Shown here: positions 26,428-35,877 of the stretch, piece after piece
How positions within the stretch are numbered: position 1 is the first letter of the stretch
How the letters are laid out: every line of letters starts with the position of its first letter
Origin: an uncultured Eubacteriales bacterium
GTDB taxonomy: Bacteria > Bacillota > Clostridia > Christensenellales > CAG-314
Assembly (NCBI GenBank): GCA_900544545.1
Contig: UQVY01000001.1
Coordinates: 26,975-90,974 of the forward strand
Direction of reading: 5' to 3'
Length of the DNA: 64,000 bases
Notes under the pieces: generated by a model
The model's input: the letters and a program-made list of their open reading frames with translations, nothing else
Told to the model about the DNA's origin: nothing
Databases searched by the model: none
Made by a program: the position numbers and the translations under genes

Positions 26428-28303
26428 TTTCAACGACGAAGAAAAACGAGCCGACGGTTTGTCTTCGGGAAACGACGCCGAAAATAAAGCGAAGGATATT
26501 TCTGCCGAAGAAAAAGGAAGCGTTTCGGATTTTTATTCGGAAGAATACGAAAGGAAGATGTCCGGGAATGCGGAAAGAAACCGTTACGAAGGTAATTCCG
26601 CAGGCGTCGGAAACGATTCCGCGAATCGCAGAAACGATGGTGGTAACGCAAACGGCAATCCTTACGGAGAAGCTTATAATAACCCCTACGGAGGAGCCTA
26701 CAACAATCCTTACGGAGGTCGGAATAATAATTACAATAACGGTTATCGCGGAACTTATTATACGAATCCCGAAAATCTCGGACGCGGAAAGGCCGTTTAC
26801 GACCGGACGCAGGCGGAATCCGTCAAAAAGCGCGAACGCAGCAAAATTATAACGGGCATAGTCTTCGCCCTGTTGATTTTCCTTGCTTTCGTAATAGGAA
26901 TGAGTTGTTCCGGTTCGATGAACCGCTCTTCGATGTACAACGAGATAATGGACAAAATCCGTAATAACTATCTCTTCGAATACGACGAAGAAAAGCTCGA
27001 TTATTATGCGGGGCTCGGTATTTCGACTCAGCTCGACGCCTATTCGAGAATCCTCGATCCTTACGAGTTTTACGAACTAATAAACGCGACCGATTCCGAG
27101 ATGTTCGGTTTCGGTTACAGTCTGTCTGCGGACAATAAGTGGACGGTAACCACGGTCCTGACCGACAGTCCTATGGATTATGCGGTTTCCGCCGACGGAA
27201 CGACCGTCGGACTTATGGAAGGGGACGAGCTTGTTTCCGTCAATAATACGTCCGTTTCGGGAAAAACGAAAGAAGAGCTTATAAGCCTTCTCGATACGGA
27301 TAAGATAACCCGGCTCGTTATAAACAGAAACGGACGGACGATAACGTTCAACGATATCGTGAGAAGGCTCGTCCGCGCGCGTTACGTCGAATACTTCTTC
27401 GTCGGTCAGAACGGAGAAATCTCCACCAATATGAAGTATTACTTCGAGGAAAACGGCGTCGTTTATACGGATATGGACAACGGACAGGGAAACGTGAATA
27501 TCTATCCCGATAAAATCACCGATCCCGAATGCTATCCGCACTATAGGAAATACGAGCTTGAAATCTTGAAAAACGCCGATAACGTCGGCTATATCAAACT
27601 CGATCAGTTCAGCTATACCGAAGAGGAAATGGTTTCGATGAAGACCACCGATTTCGACGCCGCGATGAACGCGTTCAGGCAGGCGTACGGCGGAAAAGGA
27701 AAGCTTATTCTCGACCTCAGGGGTAATCCGGGCGGCTATAATAACTACTGCCTGTCGGTTGCAAGTTATTTGACTTACAACGGAAATTCGGGCGAGAATC
27801 TCCGTATTTACAGAATGGTCGACAAGAACGGAAACGAAGTAAGCGGCACCCAGACGAGCATCAGAACTAAATACGATCAGTATTTCGACGTAAACGCTGA
27901 AGGAGAGCAGATAGTCGTTCTGACGAGCGGAGGAAGTGCGAGCGCGAGCGAAATGCTCACGGGAGCCGTGCTGACTTACGGAACCGCGATTCAGGTCGGC
28001 AGACAGACCTACGGAAAGGGTATTTCCCAGACGGTCGAGCCTATCAAGTACGTCAATATAGAGGTTGACGGACAAAGAGTCATATCCGCATACGCGTTTT
28101 ATTATACGTTTGCGTATTTCTACACTCCCGACGTTAAGGGAAGTACGAGTAAATACAATAACTACTGCAATCAGAGCGACAGAAACGGCGACGGAGTTAT
28201 AGGCGAAGGCGAAAAAGCGATGGGATTCGAACCGGAAGTCGAAAATCTTGCGGACGGCTTGTACGATTGCCTTGCGAGAGCCGTTCAGCTTCTCGGCAGA
28301 TGA
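26420..28303 (+). CDS. S41 family C-terminal processing peptidase with low-complexity N-terminal region
   Basis: LILDLRGNPGGY and TSGGSASASEMLTG are S41 catalytic-region motifs. A TM segment (IVFALLIFLAFVIGM) follows a G/N/Y-rich N-terminus. Confidence 0.8.
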   Translation: MNNFNDEEKRADGLSSGNDAENKAKDISAEEKGSVSDFYSEEYERKMSGNAERNRYEGNSAGVGNDSANRRNDGGNANGNPYGEAYNNPYGGAYNNPYGGRNNNYNNGYRGTYYTNPENLGRGKAVYDRTQAESVKKRERSKIITGIVFALLIFLAFVIGMSCSGSMNRSSMYNEIMDKIRNNYLFEYDEEKLDYYAGLGISTQLDAYSRILDPYEFYELINATDSEMFGFGYSLSADNKWTVTTVLTDSPMDYAVSADGTTVGLMEGDELVSVNNTSVSGKTKEELISLLDTDKITRLVINRNGRTITFNDIVRRLVRARYVEYFFVGQNGEISTNMKYYFEENGVVYTDMDNGQGNVNIYPDKITDPECYPHYRKYELEILKNADNVGYIKLDQFSYTEEEMVSMKTTDFDAAMNAFRQAYGGKGKLILDLRGNPGGYNNYCLSVASYLTYNGNSGENLRIYRMVDKNGNEVSGTQTSIRTKYDQYFDVNAEGEQIVVLTSGGSASASEMLTGAVLTYGTAIQVGRQTYGKGISQTVEPIKYVNIEVDGQRVISAYAFYYTFAYFYTPDVKGSTSKYNNYCNQSDRNGDGVIGEGEKAMGFEPEVENLADGLYDCLARAVQLLGR

Positions 28304-29382
28304 AACTCGGATTATACGGAGGGACGTTCGATCCTCCTCATATCGGACACGGCGAAATAGTTTCGTTTGCGTCGGGGAAGGGGCTTTTCGATAAGCTTCT
28401 GGTGCTTCCGTCGGGCAATCCTCCCCATAAGAAAGGCGTTACGGATTTGAAATTCCGCTACGAAATGGCGAGTCTTGCTTTTTCCGATAAAGCGGAGCTG
28501 TGCGATTTCGAAATGAACGCAAAACGCTCGTATACCGTCGAAACCGCAAAGCATTTCTTTTCCGTAACGGGAGAGAAAAACGTTCTCGTTATAGGCGGAG
28601 ACAGTTTCAGGGACTTTTTCTCGTGGTATAAGCCCGAAGAGATTCTGTCCTACTGCGACCTTGCGGTTTTTCCGAGAGTCGGCGCGGATTATTCCGAAAC
28701 GCTTGACCGCGTAAATGCTTCGGGCGCAAAAATCGACCTTTTCGGCGACAGAATAACAGACGTGTCCTCGACGCGGCTCAAAACCGATCTCAGATTCGGT
28801 ATGGACGTTACGGGAAGGGTTATTCCCGAGGTCGTTTCCTATATAAAGGCAAACGGTCTTTACGGAGAGTATTCGGAGATTATAAGCAAGCTTAAATCGG
28901 CTCTGAAACCGTCGAGATTCGTGCATACTTACAGAGTCGCGCTGAAAGCTCTCGAAATGAACGCAACCGTCGGGCTTGACGGAGAAAAGGTATTCCTTGC
29001 GAGTATTCTTCACGACTGCGCAAAGTACGTTTCTCCCGAAGAATGCGGATTTATTCCTCCCGAAGGAATGCCCGAATCGGTTTATCACGCGTTTGAAGGA
29101 GCCGTAGTCGCGGAGAAGGTGTACGGCGTCAAAGACGAAGAGATTCTCGACGCAATACGCTATCATTGTACGGGTTGCGACGAGATGAAGCCCCTCGAAA
29201 AGCTCGTATACGTTGCGGATTATATCGAAGACGGACGGGGAGCGTATGCCGAGCCCGTGAGGAAGGTATTCGCCGGATACGGACTTGACGCCGCTTATGA
29301 AAAAGCCAGATCCGAAACCGAACGCTTTCTGCTTTCGGAGGGTAAAAAGTCCTTTGAATGCAGAAGAGGCGAAATCAAATAG
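28300..29382 (+). CDS. nadD: Nicotinate-nucleotide adenylyltransferase NadD fused to HD-domain YqeK
   Basis: MKLGLYGGTFDPPHIGH is the NadD HxGH motif. The C-terminal ...ILHDCAKY... region is a YqeK-type HD domain. Start overlaps the upstream stop (ATGA). Confidence 0.85.
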   Translation: MKLGLYGGTFDPPHIGHGEIVSFASGKGLFDKLLVLPSGNPPHKKGVTDLKFRYEMASLAFSDKAELCDFEMNAKRSYTVETAKHFFSVTGEKNVLVIGGDSFRDFFSWYKPEEILSYCDLAVFPRVGADYSETLDRVNASGAKIDLFGDRITDVSSTRLKTDLRFGMDVTGRVIPEVVSYIKANGLYGEYSEIISKLKSALKPSRFVHTYRVALKALEMNATVGLDGEKVFLASILHDCAKYVSPEECGFIPPEGMPESVYHAFEGAVVAEKVYGVKDEEILDAIRYHCTGCDEMKPLEKLVYVADYIEDGRGAYAEPVRKVFAGYGLDAAYEKARSETERFLLSEGKKSFECRRGEIK

Positions 29383-29440
29383 AAAATAGAATAAGACTAT
29401 ATAAATAACGATAACAGAGATTAAGATAACAGAGGTTAAT

Positions 29441-29794
29441 ATGACGGCAAAAGAAACCGCACTCAGACTGTGCGAAATAGCAGATTCGAAGAACGCGCGC
29501 GATATAGGGATTATCGACGTGCAGAAATCCAGCGATATTACAGATTTCTTTATTATATGCTCGGGCAGAAGTACGACGCAGGTCAAAGCCATTGCGGAAG
29601 AAATCGAATTTCAGATGGAAAAGCAGGGCGTTTACGCCTTTCACAAAGAAGGTCTCGTCGAAGGTAAGTGGATAGCTCTCGATTACGGAGAGGTCATAAT
29701 GCATATTTTCCACGAAGAAACGCGGGCTTTTTATCAGCTTGAAAAGCTGTGGAACAACGGCTCGAATTACGAAGTCTATACTTCCGGGAAATAA
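29441..29794 (+). CDS. rsfS: Ribosome silencing factor RsfS (Iojap family)
   Basis: DIGIIDVQKSSDITDFFIICSGRSTTQVKAIAEEIE is typical of RsfS. Confidence 0.85.
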   Translation: MTAKETALRLCEIADSKNARDIGIIDVQKSSDITDFFIICSGRSTTQVKAIAEEIEFQMEKQGVYAFHKEGLVEGKWIALDYGEVIMHIFHEETRAFYQLEKLWNNGSNYEVYTSGK

Positions 29795-29800
29795 CGCGAT

Positions 29801-30874
29801 ATGATCGGCTCTTCGGAAAAAGGAAAGGACGTTTTTGTCCTCGGAATAGAGAGTTCGTGCGACGAAACGGCGGCTTCCGTGGTAAAAAACGGCAGAGAAA
29901 TGCTCAGCAACGTCATTCACAGCCAGATAGAAATACATAAGCTTTACGGAGGCGTAGTTCCCGAAATCGCCGGAAGAAATCACGTGGAAGCCATCGATTC
30001 CACGGTAGCTCTCGCTCTTTCCGAGGCAAAGGTAACTATAAACGATATCGACGCTATTGCCGTAACTTACGGAGCCGGACTGGTCGGAGCTTTGCTGGTC
30101 GGAGTAAGTTTTGCGAAGGCTCTTTCTCAGGCTTCGGGCAAGCCTCTTTACGCGATAAATCATATAGAAGGACATATTGCCGCAAATTACATAACGAATA
30201 AGGAGCTTGAACCGCCCTTTATCTGTCTTCTTGCAAGCGGAGGTCATACGGCGGTAACGAGAGTCAACGATTACACGGATATAACCGTGCTTTGCTCTAC
30301 GATTGACGACGCCGTGGGCGAAGCTTTCGATAAAGTCGCGCGGACTATGGGGCTTTCGTATCCCGGCGGAGTTTCGGTCGACAGGCTTTCGCGAGAAGGA
30401 AAACCGATTTATCGGTTCAACGACGTCGTCGTGGATAACGGAAACTTCTCTTACAGCGGGCTGAAAACCGCGGTCATCAATTTTCTTCATACCAAGACTC
30501 AGCAAGGCGCGAAAATCGCTTTAAGAAACCTGTGCGGAGAGGGCGACGTCGCAATCGAAGACGTCTGCGCTTCTTTTACTAAATACGCAATCGACGGTCT
30601 TATCGAAAGGACTAAGGAAGAGCTTGAGAAAAGCGGACTTAAATCGGTTGCGGTTGCCGGCGGAGTAGGAGCTAATTCTTATCTCAGGCAAAGGCTTTCG
30701 GATTTTGAAAAATCGGGATACAAGGTTTTTCTTCCCGATTTGAAGCTCTGCACGGATAACGGCGCGATGATCGCGGCTCTCGGGTATTACGAAATGACGA
30801 GCGGAAAATCTCCCGCGCCCGATACTCTTAACGCTATGCCGACTTTAAAACTCAGAGGAGAACGTCCGCATTAG
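29801..30874 (+). CDS. tsaD: tRNA N6-adenosine threonylcarbamoyltransferase TsaD
   Basis: VLGIESSCDETAASVV and HIEGHI motifs of the Kae1/TsaD family. Confidence 0.9.
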   Translation: MIGSSEKGKDVFVLGIESSCDETAASVVKNGREMLSNVIHSQIEIHKLYGGVVPEIAGRNHVEAIDSTVALALSEAKVTINDIDAIAVTYGAGLVGALLVGVSFAKALSQASGKPLYAINHIEGHIAANYITNKELEPPFICLLASGGHTAVTRVNDYTDITVLCSTIDDAVGEAFDKVARTMGLSYPGGVSVDRLSREGKPIYRFNDVVVDNGNFSYSGLKTAVINFLHTKTQQGAKIALRNLCGEGDVAIEDVCASFTKYAIDGLIERTKEELEKSGLKSVAVAGGVGANSYLRQRLSDFEKSGYKVFLPDLKLCTDNGAMIAALGYYEMTSGKSPAPDTLNAMPTLKLRGERPH

Positions 30875-30971
30875 GATTTAATAAGCAAACAGAGAAGAAG
30901 CTGTGGAGAAGATTTTGGAGAAAGATGAGGTTTCTTCGAATCGTGTCGGGGGCTTTTTTTACGCTTTTGTC

Positions 30972-31000
30972 TTGACAAACGAAAGAAAATGAAATATAAT
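30972..31000 (+). promoter_or_regulatory. Consensus sigma-70 promoter (TTGACA-17-TATAAT)
   Basis: TTGACA at 30972-30977, exact 17-nt spacer, TATAAT at 30995-31000. The first downstream start codon with an RBS is ~450 nt away (31451). Confidence 0.65.
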
Positions 31001-31006
31001 ACTCTT

Positions 31007-31335
31007 CACGGAAGAGTAAGCTCGCGAGTCTTACGCTTTGCGCGGGGCTGTGCCTCGGCGTATTATGGAATTCCGTAAAAGATAAGGTTCGATTCCTTAG
31101 CCTCAGAAGGGTGCATGGATTGCTGTCGATAAACGTCTCACGTTTGTCAGAGATTTTTTGCCTGATGTCTTACAGGCTTATAGTTATCGGTGTGGAAACC
31201 TTATAAAACAGACTTCCCGAAGATTGCGGTGCGATCGCGCAGTTTTCGTTCGCTTTGTCGGGACGCGGATACCGACGGATTCGAAGAGCCGATAAGTTTC
31301 GGATAAAGCCGGACCGAGGTCGGTTTTTCGGTCGT
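31007..31335 (+). ncRNA. Candidate ~330-nt non-coding transcript or long structured 5' leader (unclassified)
   Basis: Starts just after the perfect promoter. No plausible ORF with an RBS. Contains a T-arm-like hairpin (AAGGTTCGATTCCTT, ~31086-31100) and ends near a small hairpin plus TTTTT at ~31312-31330. Confidence 0.25.
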
Positions 31336-31450
31336 CTCAAGCGTTTTGCCGCGGACGAGGGCGGTAAGCGTCTTCCGGAAGTCTTTACGTTTAAAACGGT
31401 TCTTGCCGTTTATTATAAAAACGAGAGCCGTAAGGCAAAAGGAGGCGTAT

Positions 31451-32551
31451 ATGGGAAAAATCGTAGTCAATAAAGGTTGTAAAGGCTTGCTTTTCAGGGG
31501 CGGAAAGTTCAGGAAGATTCTGGAAGCGGGCGTTTATACGGAAATAGGCTCGAAAAAGATAGAGATTGCGGCGGTAAACGGGGAATTTCTTCCCGAAAAC
31601 TGCGACGTAAAGAGTTTTGTCGGTTCAGAGCCGACTTTGGCGTCGTATCTCGAAACGATAACCGTGCCCGACGATTTCATTGCGCTTCATTTCGTGGACG
31701 GCGTGTTCGACGGGGACCTTACGAGCGGATTCCACGCCTTCTGGAAGGAATACGGAAAACACGAATTCAGACTTTACGATATGAGCGGAGACGTTCCCGA
31801 AGAGATTCCGGACTGGCTTAAAAGAAAGCTCGTTTATTTCGGCGTATGCGTTCTTCGTTCCGTTCCCGAAGGAATGAAAGCAAGGCTTTATATCGACGGG
31901 AAATTCGTTTCGGTTCTCGATTCCGGAGTATATTATTTCTGGAAAAACAGGGACGTGGAAACGCAGCTCGTAGATACCCGTCTTCGTCAGGCGGAGGTCG
32001 TCGGTCAGGAAATGCTTACCGCGGACAGAGTTACGGTGAGGATAAATTTCGTCTGCCGTTATAAGATTACCGATTACGTAGGGATTGCGGGTAAGCTCGA
32101 GAATTTCGACGATCAGTTCCGTTCGGCTTTGCAGCTCGTGATAAGAGGTTTCGTCTGCAATATGAAAATGGACGAGCTTCTCGACGGAAGAAGCAAGCTT
32201 TCCGAGGATATTTTCGCCGCTCTCAAAAAGAAGGAAGGGGAATTCTGCGTGGAAATCGTCGACGCGGGCATAAAGGATATAATTCTCCCGGGCGAAATAA
32301 GGGAAATAATGAATACCGTTCTTATAGCCGAAAAACAAGCTCAGGCCAACGTTATTGCGAGAAGAGAGGAGGTTGCTTCGACGAGAAGTCTGCTCAATAC
32401 CGCAAAGCTTCTCGAAGAAAACGAAACTCTTCGTCGCCTTAAAGAATACGAGTACGTAGAAAGGATTTGCAAAAACGTAGGAAACGTAAGTCTTTCGGGC
32501 AGCGGCGATATTCTTTCTCAGCTTGCGGATCTTCTTAAAACCAAAAATTAG
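31451..32551 (+). CDS. SPFH/band-7 (stomatin/prohibitin-like) domain protein
   Basis: GGAGG RBS 6 nt upstream. EVVGQEMLTADRVTVRINFVCRYKITD... is typical SPFH core. The longest ORF (from 31346) lacks an RBS. Confidence 0.7.
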   Translation: MGKIVVNKGCKGLLFRGGKFRKILEAGVYTEIGSKKIEIAAVNGEFLPENCDVKSFVGSEPTLASYLETITVPDDFIALHFVDGVFDGDLTSGFHAFWKEYGKHEFRLYDMSGDVPEEIPDWLKRKLVYFGVCVLRSVPEGMKARLYIDGKFVSVLDSGVYYFWKNRDVETQLVDTRLRQAEVVGQEMLTADRVTVRINFVCRYKITDYVGIAGKLENFDDQFRSALQLVIRGFVCNMKMDELLDGRSKLSEDIFAALKKKEGEFCVEIVDAGIKDIILPGEIREIMNTVLIAEKQAQANVIARREEVASTRSLLNTAKLLEENETLRRLKEYEYVERICKNVGNVSLSGSGDILSQLADLLKTKN

Positions 32552-32695
32552 TTCGGGAATTTAAAAAGGCGTCCTCCGGATCGAAGGACGCTTTTTTGTT
32601 GTAAAAGTTTTGATTGTCAATTCTTCGTAAAGTCTTTGATTGACGATTTTACCGATTCCGTAAAGTCTTTCGGATAAAGTCAAAACAGCTTGATT

Positions 32696-33505
32696 TTACT
32701 TGTTATAAAGGCTTCCGACTATCGAATTCGATAAGCGGAAGGGAAGAATCCGCGCAAGCACGCAGAAAAACTGATATTTGAATCCCGCGGAATAAAGCGG
32801 TTTGACGTTTTTCTTTCCGGCTATCGAAACTATTCTTTTCGCGATGAATTCCGGCGGCATTCCGTTGGTTTCGTCCTTTTCCATAACCGCGACCGAGCGG
32901 GATATCCTTCCGCCGTAAACGTCGTCGCCCGTCGGAGTTTTTTCTCTTGCGGCGGTGAATCCCGTTTTAACGTCGCCGGGCATAACCGCGCATACGCTTA
33001 TTCCGAAGGGCTTCAGCTCGTTTGCGAGTCCGAGAGTCAGAGTATTGACCGAGGCTTTCGCCGCAGAATAGAACACCTGATAAGGAATCGAGAGGAGCGA
33101 AGCGACCGAGCTTAAGTTAATAATCCTTCCGCCGCCTTGTTTTCTCATTGCGGGGACGACCGCCCTGATAACGTTGAACGTTCCGAAGAAATCCGCGTCG
33201 AAGAGTCTTTTAGCGTCTTCCGTCGAAGTGAATTCCGTTGCGCCCGATATTCCGAAGCCCGCGTTGTTGACGAGAAGATCTATTCGACCTTCTCTTGACA
33301 GAACCTCGCCGACTGCCGCAGCTACGGCTTTCTCGTCGGTAACGTCGGCGGTAACGTGGGCTATATCGTCGTAATCCGTGCCTCTGCGGCTGAATTCGTA
33401 AACCTTATAGCCCTTAAGGGAAAGAGCTTTTGCCGTCGCTTTGCCTATTCCGTTGGAGCCTCCGGTAACTATGGCGATCCTACCGGGTTTTTCTGAATGT
33501 TTCAT
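32696..33505 (-). CDS. Classical short-chain dehydrogenase/reductase (SDR)
   Basis: IAIVTGGSNGIGKATAKAL (TGxxxGxG) and YSAAKAS (YxxxK); GGAGGAGA RBS. It lies 11 nt downstream of the alpha-oxoamine synthase gene in the same orientation. Confidence 0.8.
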   Translation of the reverse strand: MKHSEKPGRIAIVTGGSNGIGKATAKALSLKGYKVYEFSRRGTDYDDIAHVTADVTDEKAVAAAVGEVLSREGRIDLLVNNAGFGISGATEFTSTEDAKRLFDADFFGTFNVIRAVVPAMRKQGGGRIINLSSVASLLSIPYQVFYSAAKASVNTLTLGLANELKPFGISVCAVMPGDVKTGFTAAREKTPTGDDVYGGRISRSVAVMEKDETNGMPPEFIAKRIVSIAGKKNVKPLYSAGFKYQFFCVLARILPFRLSNSIVGSLYNK

Positions 33506-33516
33506 TTTCTCCTCCG

Positions 33517-34704
33517 TCAGACAGAGCCGTGCAAATCGTGCGGAATGACTCTCGCGATGATTTCGAGAGCTTCGTCGAGAATTTCCGTCGTGTGCGAAGC
33601 CATATAACTCGTTCTTATAAGAGCCGAGCCTTCGGGAGTGGCGGGAGCCACTACGGGATTTGCGTAAACGCCTTCGTCGAAGAGCTTCTGAGTAAGCACG
33701 AAGGTTTTCATACTGTCGTAAGTGTATATGGGGATAATGGGAGTAACCGAATCGATTATGCTTATTCCCGCCTTATGTAGACCGTTTCTCATATAAACGG
33801 AAAGGTCTTTAAGGTGAACGGGAAGCTCGGGATGGTTGCGGAGTACGTTGAGCGCGGCAAGCGCGGCCGCGCAGTCAGCGGGAGTTATCGACGCGCAGAA
33901 GATGAAAGGTCTCGCGGTATGACGGACGTAATCGCAGACGACTTTGTCGGCGAGCATATATCCGCCCATACTTGCAAGAGATTTCGAGAAAGTACCCATA
34001 ATAACGTCGACCTTATCCGTGAGTCCGAAGTGATCCGCCGTACCTCTTCCTCCGTTTCCGAGGACTCCGAAACCGTGCGCGTCGTCGACCATAGTTCTCG
34101 CGTTGTATTTTTCCGCAAGTCTTACGATTTCGGGAAGGTTGCAGATATCGCCGCTCATACTGAAAACGCCGTCTGTAACGATAAGTTTGCCCGCGTCCGA
34201 CGGAAGATTGGACAAAACCCTTTCGAGGTCCGCCATATCCGAATGCTTATAGCGGAGCATTTTCGCGTAGCTGAGTTTGCAGCCGTCGTAAATGCTCGCG
34301 TGGTTTTCCCTGTCGGAAATAATAAAGTCATCCTTGCCGCACAGAGAAGAGATGATTGCGAGATTCGACTGAAAACCCGTCGAGAAAGTTACGCAGGCTT
34401 TCTTTCCAACGAATTCCGCAAGTTCGTCTTCGAGTTGGAGATGAATATCCAGCGTTCCGTTGAGGAATCTCGAACCCGAGCAGCCGGAGCCGTATTTTTC
34501 GGCGGCTTTTACAGCTGCTTCGATGACTTCCGGATTTGCCGTAAGACCTAAATAGTTGTTGGAGCCGAGCATTATACGGCGTTTGCCCTCCATCGTGACG
34601 GTAGCGTCCTGTTTCGACTGCAATACGTGGAAATACGGATAACAGCCGACTTCTTTGATCCGATCCGCGGCGTCAAAGCTGTAACATTTTTGAAAAAGAT
34701 CCAT
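33517..34704 (-). CDS. PLP-dependent alpha-oxoamine synthase (Kbl/BioF/serine-palmitoyltransferase family)
   Basis: ENHASIYDG, VTDGVFSMSGDICNL, MVDDAHGFGVLGNGGRG and GTFSKSLASMGGY (PLP-Lys) are strongly Kbl/SPT-like. Confidence 0.8.
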   Translation of the reverse strand: MDLFQKCYSFDAADRIKEVGCYPYFHVLQSKQDATVTMEGKRRIMLGSNNYLGLTANPEVIEAAVKAAEKYGSGCSGSRFLNGTLDIHLQLEDELAEFVGKKACVTFSTGFQSNLAIISSLCGKDDFIISDRENHASIYDGCKLSYAKMLRYKHSDMADLERVLSNLPSDAGKLIVTDGVFSMSGDICNLPEIVRLAEKYNARTMVDDAHGFGVLGNGGRGTADHFGLTDKVDVIMGTFSKSLASMGGYMLADKVVCDYVRHTARPFIFCASITPADCAAALAALNVLRNHPELPVHLKDLSVYMRNGLHKAGISIIDSVTPIIPIYTYDSMKTFVLTQKLFDEGVYANPVVAPATPEGSALIRTSYMASHTTEILDEALEIIARVIPHDLHGSV

Positions 34705-35038
34705 ATGTACCTCCGAAAACGGGCGAAAAAATAAATAAAGAAAAAAGATAGCCCGCTTAGTACCGTATTATATTATAGCAGAATACGTTCTTTCCGTCAA
34801 ACGATGGAGTCTCATACCGCTTTTTAGAATCAAATGTATACAAAACGAAAACAAACTGTGTCGTTATTCTGAAAAAAGCCGTCTTTCGCGTCGGGAATTC
34901 CTCGTCCGCGATTTTGAAAATCAAGTGGTTTTGCCTCGGTGAATAGTAAACTCATAATCTTGACAGGGGCGACGATGTGTGATATAATAAACTTTACGGA
35001 AAGTCGGCTGTACGCCTCGTTATTTTCGGAAAAACTCA

Positions 35039-35416
35039 ATGGAGCTAAAAATGATAAAAAACGAAAAAAAGACGCTTTGGCTGCTTATAAGTTTAATACC
35101 GTTCGTCGGAGGAATCGCTTCCGTCATCGCGGTATCGTTTACTCTGTCGCATTACGGAGAGGACGACGAGGAACGTCCGTTTAACGTCGTGCCGCTTCTC
35201 GTGTTTTTCGTACTTGCGGCGATTGCCGGCGTTTTAACTCTTCTGTCCCTTCCCGACTGGCTCAAATGGATACTCGTGTACGTTCTTTTTGCGGCTGCGG
35301 GCGTGCTTGACGTACTTTATCTGTTTTTTGAGCTTTCTCCCGCAAGGATAGAGAAAAGGAACGCCCGTATTCAGGCTAAAAAAGACAGGAAAACCGATTC
35401 GGAGGAAAAGCGGTAG
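35039..35416 (+). CDS. Small membrane protein (125 aa), hypothetical
   Basis: Three hydrophobic segments; its stop abuts the mrnC start. Confidence 0.45.
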   Translation: MELKMIKNEKKTLWLLISLIPFVGGIASVIAVSFTLSHYGEDDEERPFNVVPLLVFFVLAAIAGVLTLLSLPDWLKWILVYVLFAAAGVLDVLYLFFELSPARIEKRNARIQAKKDRKTDSEEKR

Positions 35417-35821
35417 ATGTATTTCGGGAAGATAACCGACGCAGAAGCGAGACTTATGAATCCGCTCGTGCTTGCATTCGTTGGGGACGCCGTACACAGT
35501 ATGTACGTCCGTCATAAGCTTGCGACGCAAAGCGACGCCAAGTCTCATACTCTCCATCTTCTTGCCGCCGGAGAGGTCAACGCTTCCGCTCAGTCGCTGA
35601 AAGCCGCCGTTCTCGAGCCGCTTCTGACCGAAGAAGAAGTGGACGTTTTCAGGAGGGGGCGAAACGCGAAGCAGCATACCGTCGCAAAAAACGCCGAGCT
35701 TAACGACTATAAGCGGGCGAGCGGTTTCGAAGCGCTTTTAGGGTATTTATATCTGACCGGAAGGGAAGAAAGAATCAAAGAGCTTTTGTCCGTCGGAGCG
35801 GACGAAAGAGGGTCGGACTGA
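35417..35821 (+). CDS. mrnC: Mini-ribonuclease 3 (Mini-III, YazC)
   Basis: MNPLVLAFVGDAVHSMYVRHKL is the RNase III-like signature of Mini-III. It sits in the conserved mrnC-rlmB-sigH context. Confidence 0.85.
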   Translation: MYFGKITDAEARLMNPLVLAFVGDAVHSMYVRHKLATQSDAKSHTLHLLAAGEVNASAQSLKAAVLEPLLTEEEVDVFRRGRNAKQHTVAKNAELNDYKRASGFEALLGYLYLTGREERIKELLSVGADERGSD

Positions 35822-35877
35822 CGCAAAAACAAAGGGATTATAAAAAGAGTCGGATTTGCGGCTTGATTGGAGCAGAA

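Noticed and set aside
31346-31450. ATG at 31346 as the start of the SPFH protein
   Set aside because: It has no RBS and would add an Arg/Lys-rich 35-aa extension. The ATG at 31451 has a GGAGG RBS at ideal spacing. The upstream region is better explained as untranslated leader or sRNA.
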